Assembly: GCA_963806265.1 (NCBI GenBank) | Contig: CAWDXT010000027.1 | Coordinates: 135,214-199,213 of the forward strand | Source of the DNA: an uncultured Chloroflexia bacterium | GTDB taxonomy: Bacteria; Chloroflexota; Limnocylindria; Limnocylindrales; CSP1-4 | Direction of reading: 5' to 3' | Length of the DNA: 64,000 nucleotides | Shown here: piece after piece, positions 19,531-27,961 of the stretch | Position numbering within the stretch: the first letter of the stretch is position 1 | How the letters are laid out: the number at the start of each line of letters is the position of its first letter | Made by a program: the position numbers and the translations under genes | Notes under the pieces: model-generated | Seen by the model: only the letters and a program-made list of their open reading frames with translations | Databases searched by the model: none | Told to the model about the DNA's origin: nothing

Positions 19531-20610
19531 ATGGCAAAGATGTCCGAATACGCGTTCGTGGCGGCGATCCTGTCCACGGGCCTCGCGACGCTGCTCTACC
19601 TGATGTACGCGCTGTCAGGGCTGCGGGCGGCGCGGATGCAGACGGCCGGCGGCCCGGCCAACGGCGGGGTGCTGGGCTTCGTGTCCGGCCCGCGCACGGC
19701 GGTGATCGGCCGCTACGCGACGATCGTGGGATGGCTCGCGGTCCTGGCGATGTTCGCGAGCCTCGTGTTCCGCACCATCGCCACGGGCCATGGCCCGTTC
19801 GCCAACATGTACGAGTTCTCGATGGCGTTCGCGTTCGGCGTGCTGGCCACCTACATGTGGTTCGAGCGCCGCTACCACCAGCGGATCCTGGCGCTGGTCG
19901 CGCTGCCGGTCGCGCTGCTGATGATGATCTACGCGGCAACGATCCCGGCCGACATCGAGCCGCTCGTGCCCGCCCTCCAGAACAACCTGCTGCTGACCGT
20001 CCACGTTGCGGTCGCGATCGTCGCCTACGGCTCGTTCGCCATCGCGTTCGCGGCCTCCGCCCTGTACCTCGTTCAGACACGGTCCGGTCCCACGTTCCTG
20101 ATCGGTGCCGCGGTCGGGCTGGTGACCGGTGTCGCGTTCCTGTTCACGTCGGGCGTCGGGGAGGCGGTGTTCGCCGGCATCGCCATCTCGCTGGCCGCCT
20201 ACTTCGGAACCTGGCTCGTGCGCCGCTTCGTCCTTCGCTCGGACGCTGACGCTACCGAGGCGGGGCTCGAGGAGTCCGGCGGTCGCTGGGGCCTGCCCAG
20301 GCCGCAGGTGCTCGACGAGATCGGCTACCACGCGGTCGTGGTCGGCTTCCCGTTCCTGACCCTGACCATCATCCTCGGCGCGGTCTGGGCGAACGTCGCC
20401 TGGGGCTCCTACTGGAGCTGGGACCCCAAGGAGACGGCGTCGCTGGTGACCTGGTTCATCTACGGCGCCTACCTCCACGCGCGGGTCATGCGCGGCTGGC
20501 GCGGCAACCGTGCCGCCTGGCTGCTGGTGCTCGGCTTCGAGGCCACCCTGTTCACCTACTTCGGCAACTACTTCTTCGGCGGGCTCCACAGCTACGCCGG
20601 CCTGGGCTGA
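19531..20610 (+). CDS. ccsA: Cytochrome c assembly protein CcsA/ResC (System II haem handling).
   Basis: Polytopic membrane protein with the WWD-type motif WGSYWSWDPKETASLVTWFIYGAYLH. Confidence 0.9.
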   Translation: MAKMSEYAFVAAILSTGLATLLYLMYALSGLRAARMQTAGGPANGGVLGFVSGPRTAVIGRYATIVGWLAVLAMFASLVFRTIATGHGPFANMYEFSMAFAFGVLATYMWFERRYHQRILALVALPVALLMMIYAATIPADIEPLVPALQNNLLLTVHVAVAIVAYGSFAIAFAASALYLVQTRSGPTFLIGAAVGLVTGVAFLFTSGVGEAVFAGIAISLAAYFGTWLVRRFVLRSDADATEAGLEESGGRWGLPRPQVLDEIGYHAVVVGFPFLTLTIILGAVWANVAWGSYWSWDPKETASLVTWFIYGAYLHARVMRGWRGNRAAWLLVLGFEATLFTYFGNYFFGGLHSYAGLG

Positions 20611-20632
20611 GCCCGGCAGGGGAGCGATCGAG

Positions 20633-21235
20633 ATGAGCGCTGCTGGAGTCACGGTGCGGCACGATCGCAACGGGACCAGCCGGCTCCAGACGGTCGTCGT
20701 GGTCGTGATCACGGCGATCGTCATCGGGGCGGCGGCATGGTTCGTCAGCGGCCGGGGTGGCGACGATGGCGTCACGTCCGTCGACCTGTCGGGTGAAATC
20801 GCCGGGGCCGCCCCTGCCCTGGGCGCCATCCCGCCGGACTTCAGCGCGCAGACGTACGACGGCCAGAAGGTCGCCCTGTCGGACTACGCAGGGCAGCCGA
20901 TCTGGCTGACATTCGGCGCGTCGTGGTGCCCCGACTGCCGGACCGAGGCAACCGATGTCGAAGCCACCTACCAGGCGTACAGGGACCAGGGTCTGGTCGT
21001 GCTCGGCGTGTTCATCGACGAGAGCGCCGACGACATCGCCAGCTACGCGAAGCTGGCCGGTCTGACGTTCCCGATCGCGGTCGACCAGAACGAGCTGGTG
21101 GCCTCGACCTATCGAACGATGGGCATCCCGACCCACTTCTTCATCGGCGCCGACGGGCGGGTCAAGGAGATCCGCGTCGGGGCCCTGCCGAAGTCCGAGA
21201 TGGAGCGTGCCGTCTCGGAGATCATCAACCAGTAG
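20633..21235 (+). CDS. resA: Membrane-anchored thiol-disulfide oxidoreductase, TlpA/ResA family.
   Basis: TM anchor VVVVVITAIVIGAAAWFV, thioredoxin-fold motif WLTFGASWCPDCRTE, and GIPTHFFIGADGRV. Confidence 0.85.
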   Translation: MSAAGVTVRHDRNGTSRLQTVVVVVITAIVIGAAAWFVSGRGGDDGVTSVDLSGEIAGAAPALGAIPPDFSAQTYDGQKVALSDYAGQPIWLTFGASWCPDCRTEATDVEATYQAYRDQGLVVLGVFIDESADDIASYAKLAGLTFPIAVDQNELVASTYRTMGIPTHFFIGADGRVKEIRVGALPKSEMERAVSEIINQ

Positions 21236-21254
21236 CGACGTGACGGGTCCCAGC

Positions 21255-23087
21255 ATGCCCGGCGACGAGGGCCCCGAGGTGTCCGGGACCGATGCCGCCG
21301 ACACGCCGGGGCCGGACGCGCGCATGACCGACCCGCCGCCGGCCGTGCCGGCGGACACATCGGCGGTGGAATCGGCAGACGCTTCGCCGGCAACAGCCGG
21401 GGAATTGGCAGACGCGGCGCCGGCAGACGCGGCGCCGGCAGACGCGGCGCCGGCAACCGCCGCGTCGGAGACCTCCGGACCGGGGGCGCCCTCGACCGAG
21501 GTGTCGTCGGCCGACGCGTCGGAGCCGCCTCGACGTCGTCATCCGTTCTACCTGCGGGGACGACGCATGCGGCTGCCTCGGTCGCGCCGCGGCCTGTTCG
21601 CGCTGCTGCTCGTGCTGTCCGCGATGGGCGGCATCGCGACGTTCTCGGCGGTCACGTTGCTCAACTGGACCGAGACCGCCGACTTCTGTGGCCGCTGTCA
21701 CACCATGGCGCCCGAGCTCGCGGCCTATGAGGCCGGTCCGCACCGCGACGTCGCGTGCGCCGAATGCCACGTCGAGCCCGGTGTGGGGGGCTGGATCAAG
21801 GCCAAGCTCAATGGCACCCGCCAGCTGGTCGAGGTCGTGCTCGGCACCTTCCCGGAGCCGATCCCGCCGCCCGACCACTCGCTGCTGCCGGCGGCCTCCG
21901 ACACGTGCCAGAAGTGCCACTCGGTCGAGGCGCACCCGGTGACGACGCTCAAGACCGCCACCATCTACGCCGAGGACGAGGAGAACACGCGCCAGTTCGT
22001 CGGCCTGCTGGTCCGACCCAACGGCGGCAACCCGTTCGATGTGACCAAGAGCGTCCACTGGCACGTGCTGCGGAACGTCGGCTACTGGTCCCCCGATGTC
22101 AACGGCGCCCGGATCGACCTGGTCGAGGAGACCACCGAGGACGGGCACATCGACCAGTACATCAGCCAGGGCCAGATCACCGACAGCTCGAACGTCGACC
22201 CCGACATCGATGCCATCAAGGCCAGCCAGACGCAGACGACGATGTCCTGCTACGACTGTCACAACCGCGTCGGTCACCCGATCCCGAACCCGCGCGCCGG
22301 CCTCGACCAGGCGATGTTCACCGACGTGATCGACCCGACGCTCCCGTACATCAAGCGCGAGGGGATGCGGATCCTGTGGTCCAGCTACCCCGACGAGCAG
22401 GCGGCCGACGCGGCCGCGGACGAGCTGGCCAACTTCTACCGGGTGAACTACCCGGACGTTGCCGAGACCAGGGCCGACCAGATCGACGAGGCGATCAGCG
22501 AGATCAAGACGTTGTACCGGCTCACGGCCACGCCCGAGATGAAGGTCACGGCGAAGACCTATCCGGACAACCTCGGCCACCTCGACTTCCCGGGCTGCTT
22601 CCGATGCCACGACGGCGGCCATTTCCTGGTCGTCGACGGTGTCGCCACCAACAAGACCATCCCCGCGACCTGTGACACGTGCCATACCTTCCCGCAGCTG
22701 GGACCGGCCGTTGCCAGCCTGCCGCTTGGCGAGCCCCCGTCGACGCACGACGACGAGCTGTGGGTGTTCAACCACAAGAACGTGGCCGAGAGCCTCGATC
22801 CGGGTGGCACATCATGCGGCGAGTGCCACGCACGCGACTACTGCGTGAACTGTCACTCGACGGGTGCCGTAACGGTCGATCACGACGAGATGGCCACCAA
22901 CCACGCCAAGGTCATCCGTGACCAGGGCAACACGGCGTGTGCGTACTGCCATCAGCCGGTGTTCTGCGCCCGGTGCCACGACGAACCGGTGCTTCCGATC
23001 ACGACCCCCTTCTCCGAAGGCCCCGGGTCGAGCGCGCTGCCGGACCAACCGGCCGGCGTCAGCTGGCCGCTCACCCCGAGATCATGA
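21255..23087 (+). CDS. Membrane-anchored decahaem c-type cytochrome with a NapC/NirT-like N-terminal module.
   Basis: TM helix LFALLLVLSAMGGIATFSAVTLL, then CGRCH, CAECH, CQKCH, CYDCH, CFRCH, CDTCH, CGECH, CVNCH, CAYCH and CARCH. The layout TETADFCGRCHTMAPE...PHRDVACAECH is typical of NapC/NirT/CymA-type proteins. Alternative starts are GTG 21240 and ATG 21324. Confidence 0.85.
   Translation: MPGDEGPEVSGTDAADTPGPDARMTDPPPAVPADTSAVESADASPATAGELADAAPADAAPADAAPATAASETSGPGAPSTEVSSADASEPPRRRHPFYLRGRRMRLPRSRRGLFALLLVLSAMGGIATFSAVTLLNWTETADFCGRCHTMAPELAAYEAGPHRDVACAECHVEPGVGGWIKAKLNGTRQLVEVVLGTFPEPIPPPDHSLLPAASDTCQKCHSVEAHPVTTLKTATIYAEDEENTRQFVGLLVRPNGGNPFDVTKSVHWHVLRNVGYWSPDVNGARIDLVEETTEDGHIDQYISQGQITDSSNVDPDIDAIKASQTQTTMSCYDCHNRVGHPIPNPRAGLDQAMFTDVIDPTLPYIKREGMRILWSSYPDEQAADAAADELANFYRVNYPDVAETRADQIDEAISEIKTLYRLTATPEMKVTAKTYPDNLGHLDFPGCFRCHDGGHFLVVDGVATNKTIPATCDTCHTFPQLGPAVASLPLGEPPSTHDDELWVFNHKNVAESLDPGGTSCGECHARDYCVNCHSTGAVTVDHDEMATNHAKVIRDQGNTACAYCHQPVFCARCHDEPVLPITTPFSEGPGSSALPDQPAGVSWPLTPRS
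21407..21451 (+). repeat. 15-bp tandem repeat x3 (GGCAGACGCGGCGCC) inside the decahaem cytochrome N-terminal tail.
   Basis: Read directly. It encodes ADAAPADAAPADAAP. A degenerate copy lies at about 21374-21388. Confidence 0.9.
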
Positions 23088-23184
23088 GGCGCGGTCATCA
23101 TCGCTGACCGGCGCGCATCGCCAACCTGAACACCCCGCACGGCGGTCCGGATCGCGCCCGGATCCGCCGGCCCGAGGAGGAGCG

Positions 23185-24078
23185 CTACGCCCGCCCGACC
23201 GTGACCCGGTCCGGGCGGGCGTAGACGTTGAAACCGTCGCCGCGCAGGAACCCGACCAGGGTCACGCCCAGCCGCGCCGCCGCCTCCACCGCGAGGTCGC
23301 TGGGCGCCGACACGGAAGCCATGATCGGGATGCCGGCCACCGCTGCCTTCTGAACCAGCTCGAAGCTGGCCCGGCCGGAGACCAGCAGGATCCGGTCATG
23401 GAGCGGGAGCCGGCCATCGAGCAGCTGGCTGCCGATCAGCTTGTCCAGGGCGTTGTGGCGCCCGACGTCCTCGCGCAGCGCGATGAGCGCGCCAGCGTCA
23501 TCGAACAGGCCGGCAGCGTGCAGCCCTCCGGTCGCCTCGAACACCGCCTGCGCGTCGCGCAGCGCGCCGGGCAGCCCGAGCAGGACCTGGGGCGCCACCC
23601 GCGGTCCGTCCGGGATCGGCTCGCAGCGGACCTCCACGGCGTCGAGCGACGCCTTGCCGCAGATGCCGCACGACGCGGTCGCCACGAAGTGACGCTCGGC
23701 GACCAGTGACGCGTCGAACGGCCGAGCGAGGTGGACGGTGACCTCATCGTCGGGCTGGGCGTGCTCGCCGGGCTCGCCGATCGTGATCGCCTCGATGACA
23801 TCGGCCGCGTCGATCAGTCCCTCCGAGCACAGGAACCCGACCGCGAGCTCCGCCTCGTGCCCGGGCGTCCGCATCGTCACGGCAACGTCGACCGGTGGCT
23901 GGCCCGGACCGCACGCGCGGATCGCCATCGGCTCCTCGCCCGCGAGGCGATCGCTCCAGGTTGCGACCTTGCCGGCGCGATAGGTCGTGATCGTGACCGG
24001 GGACGCCTGGCGCGGGGTTGGGGCAGGGGCGCCGGGCGACCCGGGGGCGGGAAGGGCTGGATCGATGGGCGTGGCCAC
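23185..24078 (-). CDS. fdhD: Formate dehydrogenase accessory sulfurtransferase FdhD.
   Basis: MRTPGHEAELAVGFLCSEGL...ASCGICGKASLD...GGLHAAGLFD...EDVGRHNALDKLIG...LLVSGRASFELVQKAAVAGIP. The start is set at GTG 24078 because the longer ORF overlaps the convergent-frame gene at 24178. Confidence 0.9.
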   Translation of the reverse strand: MATPIDPALPAPGSPGAPAPTPRQASPVTITTYRAGKVATWSDRLAGEEPMAIRACGPGQPPVDVAVTMRTPGHEAELAVGFLCSEGLIDAADVIEAITIGEPGEHAQPDDEVTVHLARPFDASLVAERHFVATASCGICGKASLDAVEVRCEPIPDGPRVAPQVLLGLPGALRDAQAVFEATGGLHAAGLFDDAGALIALREDVGRHNALDKLIGSQLLDGRLPLHDRILLVSGRASFELVQKAAVAGIPIMASVSAPSDLAVEAAARLGVTLVGFLRGDGFNVYARPDRVTVGRA

Positions 24079-24177
24079 GACCGCGATCCTACTCGCGATG
24101 GCCCGCGAGGTCACCCTCCCCCATCCGGACACCGTGGTCGACGGGGGGCTGCGGGCGAGGCGGATACTGGGGGTCGC

Positions 24178-24663
24178 ATGAACGCCGATCGCTTTCCCCA
24201 GGGCGCCCAGCGGGCGTTCGTCGCCGCGGCGCGCCAGGCGGTGCTCGCGACGACCGGACCCACCGGGCGGCCGCGACCAGTGCCCGTGTGCTTCGTCCTG
24301 CTCGACCGCCCGGACCCGACGGGGGCCCCGAGCGTCACTCGTCTCTATACCCCGCTCGACGAGAAGCCCAAGCGAAGCGCCGACCCGCGCGCCCTGGCCC
24401 GCGTCCGGGACATCCTCGCCCGACCCGCGGTCTCGATCCTGTTCCCGCGCTGGGACGAGGACTGGAGCCGGCTCGGCTGGGTACGGATCGATGGCCTCGC
24501 CGCACTGGTCGAGCCACCGGCGAGGGCCGACGGGAGCGAGCATGCGGCTGCCATCACCGCCCTCCGGGCCAAGTACCCGCAGTACCTGGCGCAACGCCTC
24601 GAGCGCCGCCCCCTGATCCGAATCGAGATCCAGCGCACCGTCACCTGGGGCCGGCTCGACTGA
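24178..24663 (+). CDS. PPOX-class (pyridoxamine 5'-phosphate oxidase fold) probable F420-dependent enzyme.
   Basis: AVLATTGPTGRPRPVPVCFVL...LYTPLDEKPKRSADPRALARVRDILARPAVSILFPRWDEDWSRLGWVRIDG matches the pattern of the small actinobacterial PPOX/F420 family. Confidence 0.7.
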   Translation: MNADRFPQGAQRAFVAAARQAVLATTGPTGRPRPVPVCFVLLDRPDPTGAPSVTRLYTPLDEKPKRSADPRALARVRDILARPAVSILFPRWDEDWSRLGWVRIDGLAALVEPPARADGSEHAAAITALRAKYPQYLAQRLERRPLIRIEIQRTVTWGRLD

Positions 24664-24690
24664 TCGAACGTCGCCGCGGAAGCGTCGGGC

Positions 24691-26064
24691 TCAGGCGACC
24701 GGCGTTCGCTCCAGGTAGACCGCCTCCGCGACGGGACGCAGGCAGTGGGTCATCGACATCGCCTGCAGGTAGCCGCCGGCGTTGAGGATGGCGACGGTCT
24801 CGCCCTCGGCGAGGTCGGGCAGCGGATAGTCCTCCGCGAACACGTCACCCGCCTCGTTGATGTGGCCGGTGACGGTGACCAGCCGGGTCCGCTCGCGGAG
24901 CGGGGCCCGGACCGGCAGGATCTCCTGCGCGTAGCGATAGATGAAGTACGCGCAGTTGACGTTCCAGCCGAGATCGAGACCGACGAACGTGAGCTCGCCG
25001 CGACGCTCGATCGACACCACCTCGCCCAGCAGCACCGCCGCATCCTTGAGCAGGTAGTCGCCGGGCTCGAACGCGGCCGTCACCTGGTACGGCGCGAGAT
25101 GACGGCGGACGATCGCGGCATAGGCATCGAGATCGACCGGCATCTCGCCCGCCCGTGCGATCCGGCCCAGGCCACCGCCGACGTTGACCTCTCGGATCGG
25201 ACAGCCCGCCGCCAGCAGCCGGTCCAGGAGCCGTGTCGCCGCCGCCAGCGCCGCTTCGAACCCATCGAGCTGGTCGCCGAGCCAGCCCGACCCCGCATGG
25301 AAGTGCAGCGTGTCGACGACCAGGCGGTGGCGCCGAACGACGCCGATCGCATCGTCAACCCGGTCCGGCGTCACACCGAACTTGGTCGGCCGCCCACCCG
25401 AGTACGCCAGGTGCTCGGTGTAGCCGGCGCCTGCACCGGGATCGATGCGTATGCCCACCGTTCGGCCCGGGGCCCGCCGGCCCACGCGCTCGAGCTGGCT
25501 GACCGCGTCGAGGTTGAGGCGGATCGGGTGCGCGAGCAGCACGTCGAGATCACGCTCGGAGACGTTCGTCCCGGTGTGGCTGATCTCGTCCGGCCGCCAG
25601 CCGTTGGCCAGGGCGTGGAGCACCTCGCCGGGCGAGCAGGCGTCGATGCCGATGCTGCCCGGCTCGCCCGGCGCGCCGAGCGAGCGCAGGACGGCCAGGA
25701 TCCTGGGGTCCGGGTTGGCCTTGAGCGCGAAACGGACCACGAACGGGATGCCGGACCGCTCGAGAGCGGCCTGGAGCGTGCGCGCGTTCTCGACGGGCCG
25801 TGCAAGGTCGTACGCGAACAGGGGCGTGCCACGCTCGCGGGCCAGCGCCTCGAGATCGGTTCCGTTGAGCGACAGGCGATCGCCGACCACGTCGAGACCG
25901 GGCCGGCGCCACCAGGTGGGAGCCGTGGCAGGAGCCCGTGGAGCCTCTGCCGGTGAGGCCTCTGCCGGTGAGGCCTCTGCCGGTGAGGCCTCTGCCGGTG
26001 AGGCCTTCGCCCATGAGGTCGCGGCCCGCGAGGTCTCCGCCTGTGAGCCCTCGCCGAGGGTCAT
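24691..26064 (-). CDS. PLP-dependent group IV decarboxylase (diaminopimelate/ornithine/arginine decarboxylase family) with a repetitive N-terminal extension.
   Basis: GTPLFAYD...VRFALKANPDP...GIDACSPGEV...LHFHAGSG...NVGGGLG...EPGDYL...NAGGYL. ATG 26064 overlaps the upstream stop (ATGA). GTG 25890 is an alternative start that would exclude the repeat. Confidence 0.8.
   Translation of the reverse strand: MTLGEGSQAETSRAATSWAKASPAEASPAEASPAEASPAEAPRAPATAPTWWRRPGLDVVGDRLSLNGTDLEALARERGTPLFAYDLARPVENARTLQAALERSGIPFVVRFALKANPDPRILAVLRSLGAPGEPGSIGIDACSPGEVLHALANGWRPDEISHTGTNVSERDLDVLLAHPIRLNLDAVSQLERVGRRAPGRTVGIRIDPGAGAGYTEHLAYSGGRPTKFGVTPDRVDDAIGVVRRHRLVVDTLHFHAGSGWLGDQLDGFEAALAAATRLLDRLLAAGCPIREVNVGGGLGRIARAGEMPVDLDAYAAIVRRHLAPYQVTAAFEPGDYLLKDAAVLLGEVVSIERRGELTFVGLDLGWNVNCAYFIYRYAQEILPVRAPLRERTRLVTVTGHINEAGDVFAEDYPLPDLAEGETVAILNAGGYLQAMSMTHCLRPVAEAVYLERTPVA
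25941..26060 (-). repeat. 15-bp periodic tandem repeat: about 4 near-perfect copies of GCCTCTGCCGGTGAG, then degenerate copies.
   Basis: Read directly on the plus strand. On the minus strand it encodes (ASPAE)n at the N-terminus of the PLP decarboxylase ORF. Confidence 0.85.
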
Positions 26065-26360
26065 GCGCGAGCCCCGCGCCGGTCGCGGGGCGGCCTGGCG
26101 GCCAGGATCGCGCGCCGCGTGACGGGGTCAGCGAACGGATCAGGACCATCGGCAACCGGTGTCCCGATGGCGGCCAGGAGTCGCTCGGTCGCACCGGCGA
26201 TCTCGTCCACCGCGGCCCGGAACGCCTCCTCGTTCCGTCCCGACGGTGTTCGGTAGCCGCTGATCTTGCGCACGTACTGGAGGGCTGCGGCCTGGGCCTC
26301 GCCCGTGGTGGCGGGTCCGGCGTCCCCGGGACGCCGGAGCTGGCGAATGCTGCGACACAT
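26061..26360 (-). CDS. DUF2277-family small protein.
   Basis: MCRSIRQLRRPGDAGPATTGEAQAAALQYVRKISGYRTPSGRNEEAFRAAVDEIAGAT resembles the conserved MCRNI...AALQ(Y/F)VRK pattern of that family. Confidence 0.65.
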   Translation of the reverse strand: MCRSIRQLRRPGDAGPATTGEAQAAALQYVRKISGYRTPSGRNEEAFRAAVDEIAGATERLLAAIGTPVADGPDPFADPVTRRAILAARPPRDRRGARA

Positions 26361-26572
26361 GCGCGCAGCGTAGCGCGCCGGAAAGCGGTGCGCGGGCGGC
26401 AACACGGCGCTGGACGAACCGGCCCGCGGGGCGCATCATCTGCCACGGCCACATTGGCCGGGGATTTCATCGAGACCGGGCCCACGCATCGGGTCCGGTC
26501 TCATTCGTTCCGGCGCCGTGGACCCCGATCGCGGATCGCCGCGGCCGGTGAGTGCGGGTATCCTCGGCTGCG

Positions 26573-27961
26573 ATGGACCGCTGGCAGACGATCATCGAGC
26601 CGTTCCGGATCCATGCGGTCGAGCCCATCCGACTGACCACGGAAGCCGAGCGCGAGCGAGCGCTCGAGGCGGCCGGCTGGAACCTGTTCAACCTCCATGC
26701 CGACGACGTGCTGATCGACCTGCTCACCGATTCCGGTACCGGCGCGATGAGCCGTGACCAGTGGGCCGCGGTCCAGCATGGCGATGAGAGCTACGCGGGC
26801 AGCCCGTCGTGGTACGCGTTCCTCGAGGCCGTCCAGGACCTGTTCCCCTTCCGGCACGTGATCCCCACCCACCAGGGGCGGGCCGCCGAGAAGATCCTGT
26901 TCAGCGTCGTCGGCGGCGCGGGCAGGATCGTGCCCAACAACACCCACTTCGACACGACCCGCGCCAACGTCGAATGGTCGGGCGCCGAGGCGGTCGACCT
27001 GGTGATCCCCGAGGGCCACCAGCCGGCCGCGATCCATCCGTTCAAGGGCAACATGGACGTCGCCGCGCTCGAGGCGCTGCTCGCGGAACGGGCCGACGAG
27101 GTGCCCGTGGTGTTCGTGACCATCACCAACAACTCCGGTGGCGGCCAGCCCGTTTCGCTCGACAACCTGCGTCAGGTCCGGGCGGTCTGCGACCGATACC
27201 GGAAGCCGCTGTTTCTCGACGCCTGCCGGTTCGCCGAGAACGCCTGGTTCATCAGGATGCGCGAGCCCGGTCAGGCGGACCGACCCGTGATCGACATCGT
27301 GCGCGAGATCGGCTCGCTGGCCGACGGCATGACCATGTCGGCCAAGAAGGACGGCCTGGCCAACATCGGCGGCTGGCTGGCGATGAACGACGACGCGCTC
27401 GCGGCGCAGTGCCGCAACCTGCTGATCCTGACCGAGGGCTTCATCACCTACGGCGGGCTGGCCGGACGCGACCTGGAGGCGATCGCCCAGGGGCTGCGCG
27501 AGGTGGTCGACGAGGACTACCTGCGCTACCGGATCCGGTCGACCGCCTACCTGGGCGAGGCGCTCGACGCCGCCGGGATCCCCCTCGTCAAGCCCATCGG
27601 CGGACACGCGGTCTATCTCGATGCCCGGGCGCTGCTGCCCCACATCCCGCCGCTCGAGTACCCCGGCCAGTCGCTCGCGGTCGAGCTGTACCGGGCGGGC
27701 GGCATCCGCGGCTGCGAGATCGGGAGCGTCATGTTCGGTCGCCATCCCGACGGCAGCGAGACGCCCGCGGCGATGGAGCTCGTGCGCCTCGCGATCCCGC
27801 GCCGGACGTACACGCAGAGCCACATCGACTACGTGATCGAGGTGGTTCGTGATGTCGCCGCGCGGGCAGGCGATCTTCGGGGGTACCGGATCGTGGACGA
27901 GCCGGCGGCGCTCCGTCACTTCACCGCATCCTTCGCCCCGGTCGAGACCGCGTCTCGTTGA
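26573..27961 (+). CDS. Beta-eliminating lyase (tryptophanase / tyrosine phenol-lyase family).
   Basis: IIEPFRIHAVEPIRLTT...NLFNLHADDVLIDLLTDSGTGAMS...PTHQGRAAE...HFDTTRAN...MSAKKDGLANIGGWLAM (PLP lysine context). Confidence 0.85.
   Translation: MDRWQTIIEPFRIHAVEPIRLTTEAERERALEAAGWNLFNLHADDVLIDLLTDSGTGAMSRDQWAAVQHGDESYAGSPSWYAFLEAVQDLFPFRHVIPTHQGRAAEKILFSVVGGAGRIVPNNTHFDTTRANVEWSGAEAVDLVIPEGHQPAAIHPFKGNMDVAALEALLAERADEVPVVFVTITNNSGGGQPVSLDNLRQVRAVCDRYRKPLFLDACRFAENAWFIRMREPGQADRPVIDIVREIGSLADGMTMSAKKDGLANIGGWLAMNDDALAAQCRNLLILTEGFITYGGLAGRDLEAIAQGLREVVDEDYLRYRIRSTAYLGEALDAAGIPLVKPIGGHAVYLDARALLPHIPPLEYPGQSLAVELYRAGGIRGCEIGSVMFGRHPDGSETPAAMELVRLAIPRRTYTQSHIDYVIEVVRDVAARAGDLRGYRIVDEPAALRHFTASFAPVETASR

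Noticed and set aside
23141-23168. An imperfect inverted repeat GGCGGTCCGG...CCGGATCCGCC between the convergent decahaem and fdhD genes, considered as a terminator.
   Set aside because: The stem is imperfect and there is no U-tract. It is too weak to report as a feature.
24079-24594. A 5' extension of the fdhD ORF.
   Set aside because: FdhD homology starts about residue 172 of the ORF. The extension overlaps the well-supported PPOX/F420-type gene on the opposite strand.
25941-26060. 15-bp tandem repeats (also at 21407-21451), considered as a CRISPR-like array.
   Set aside because: The units are directly adjacent with no spacers, are far shorter than CRISPR repeats, and lie inside coding regions as pentapeptide repeats. 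No cas genes are present.
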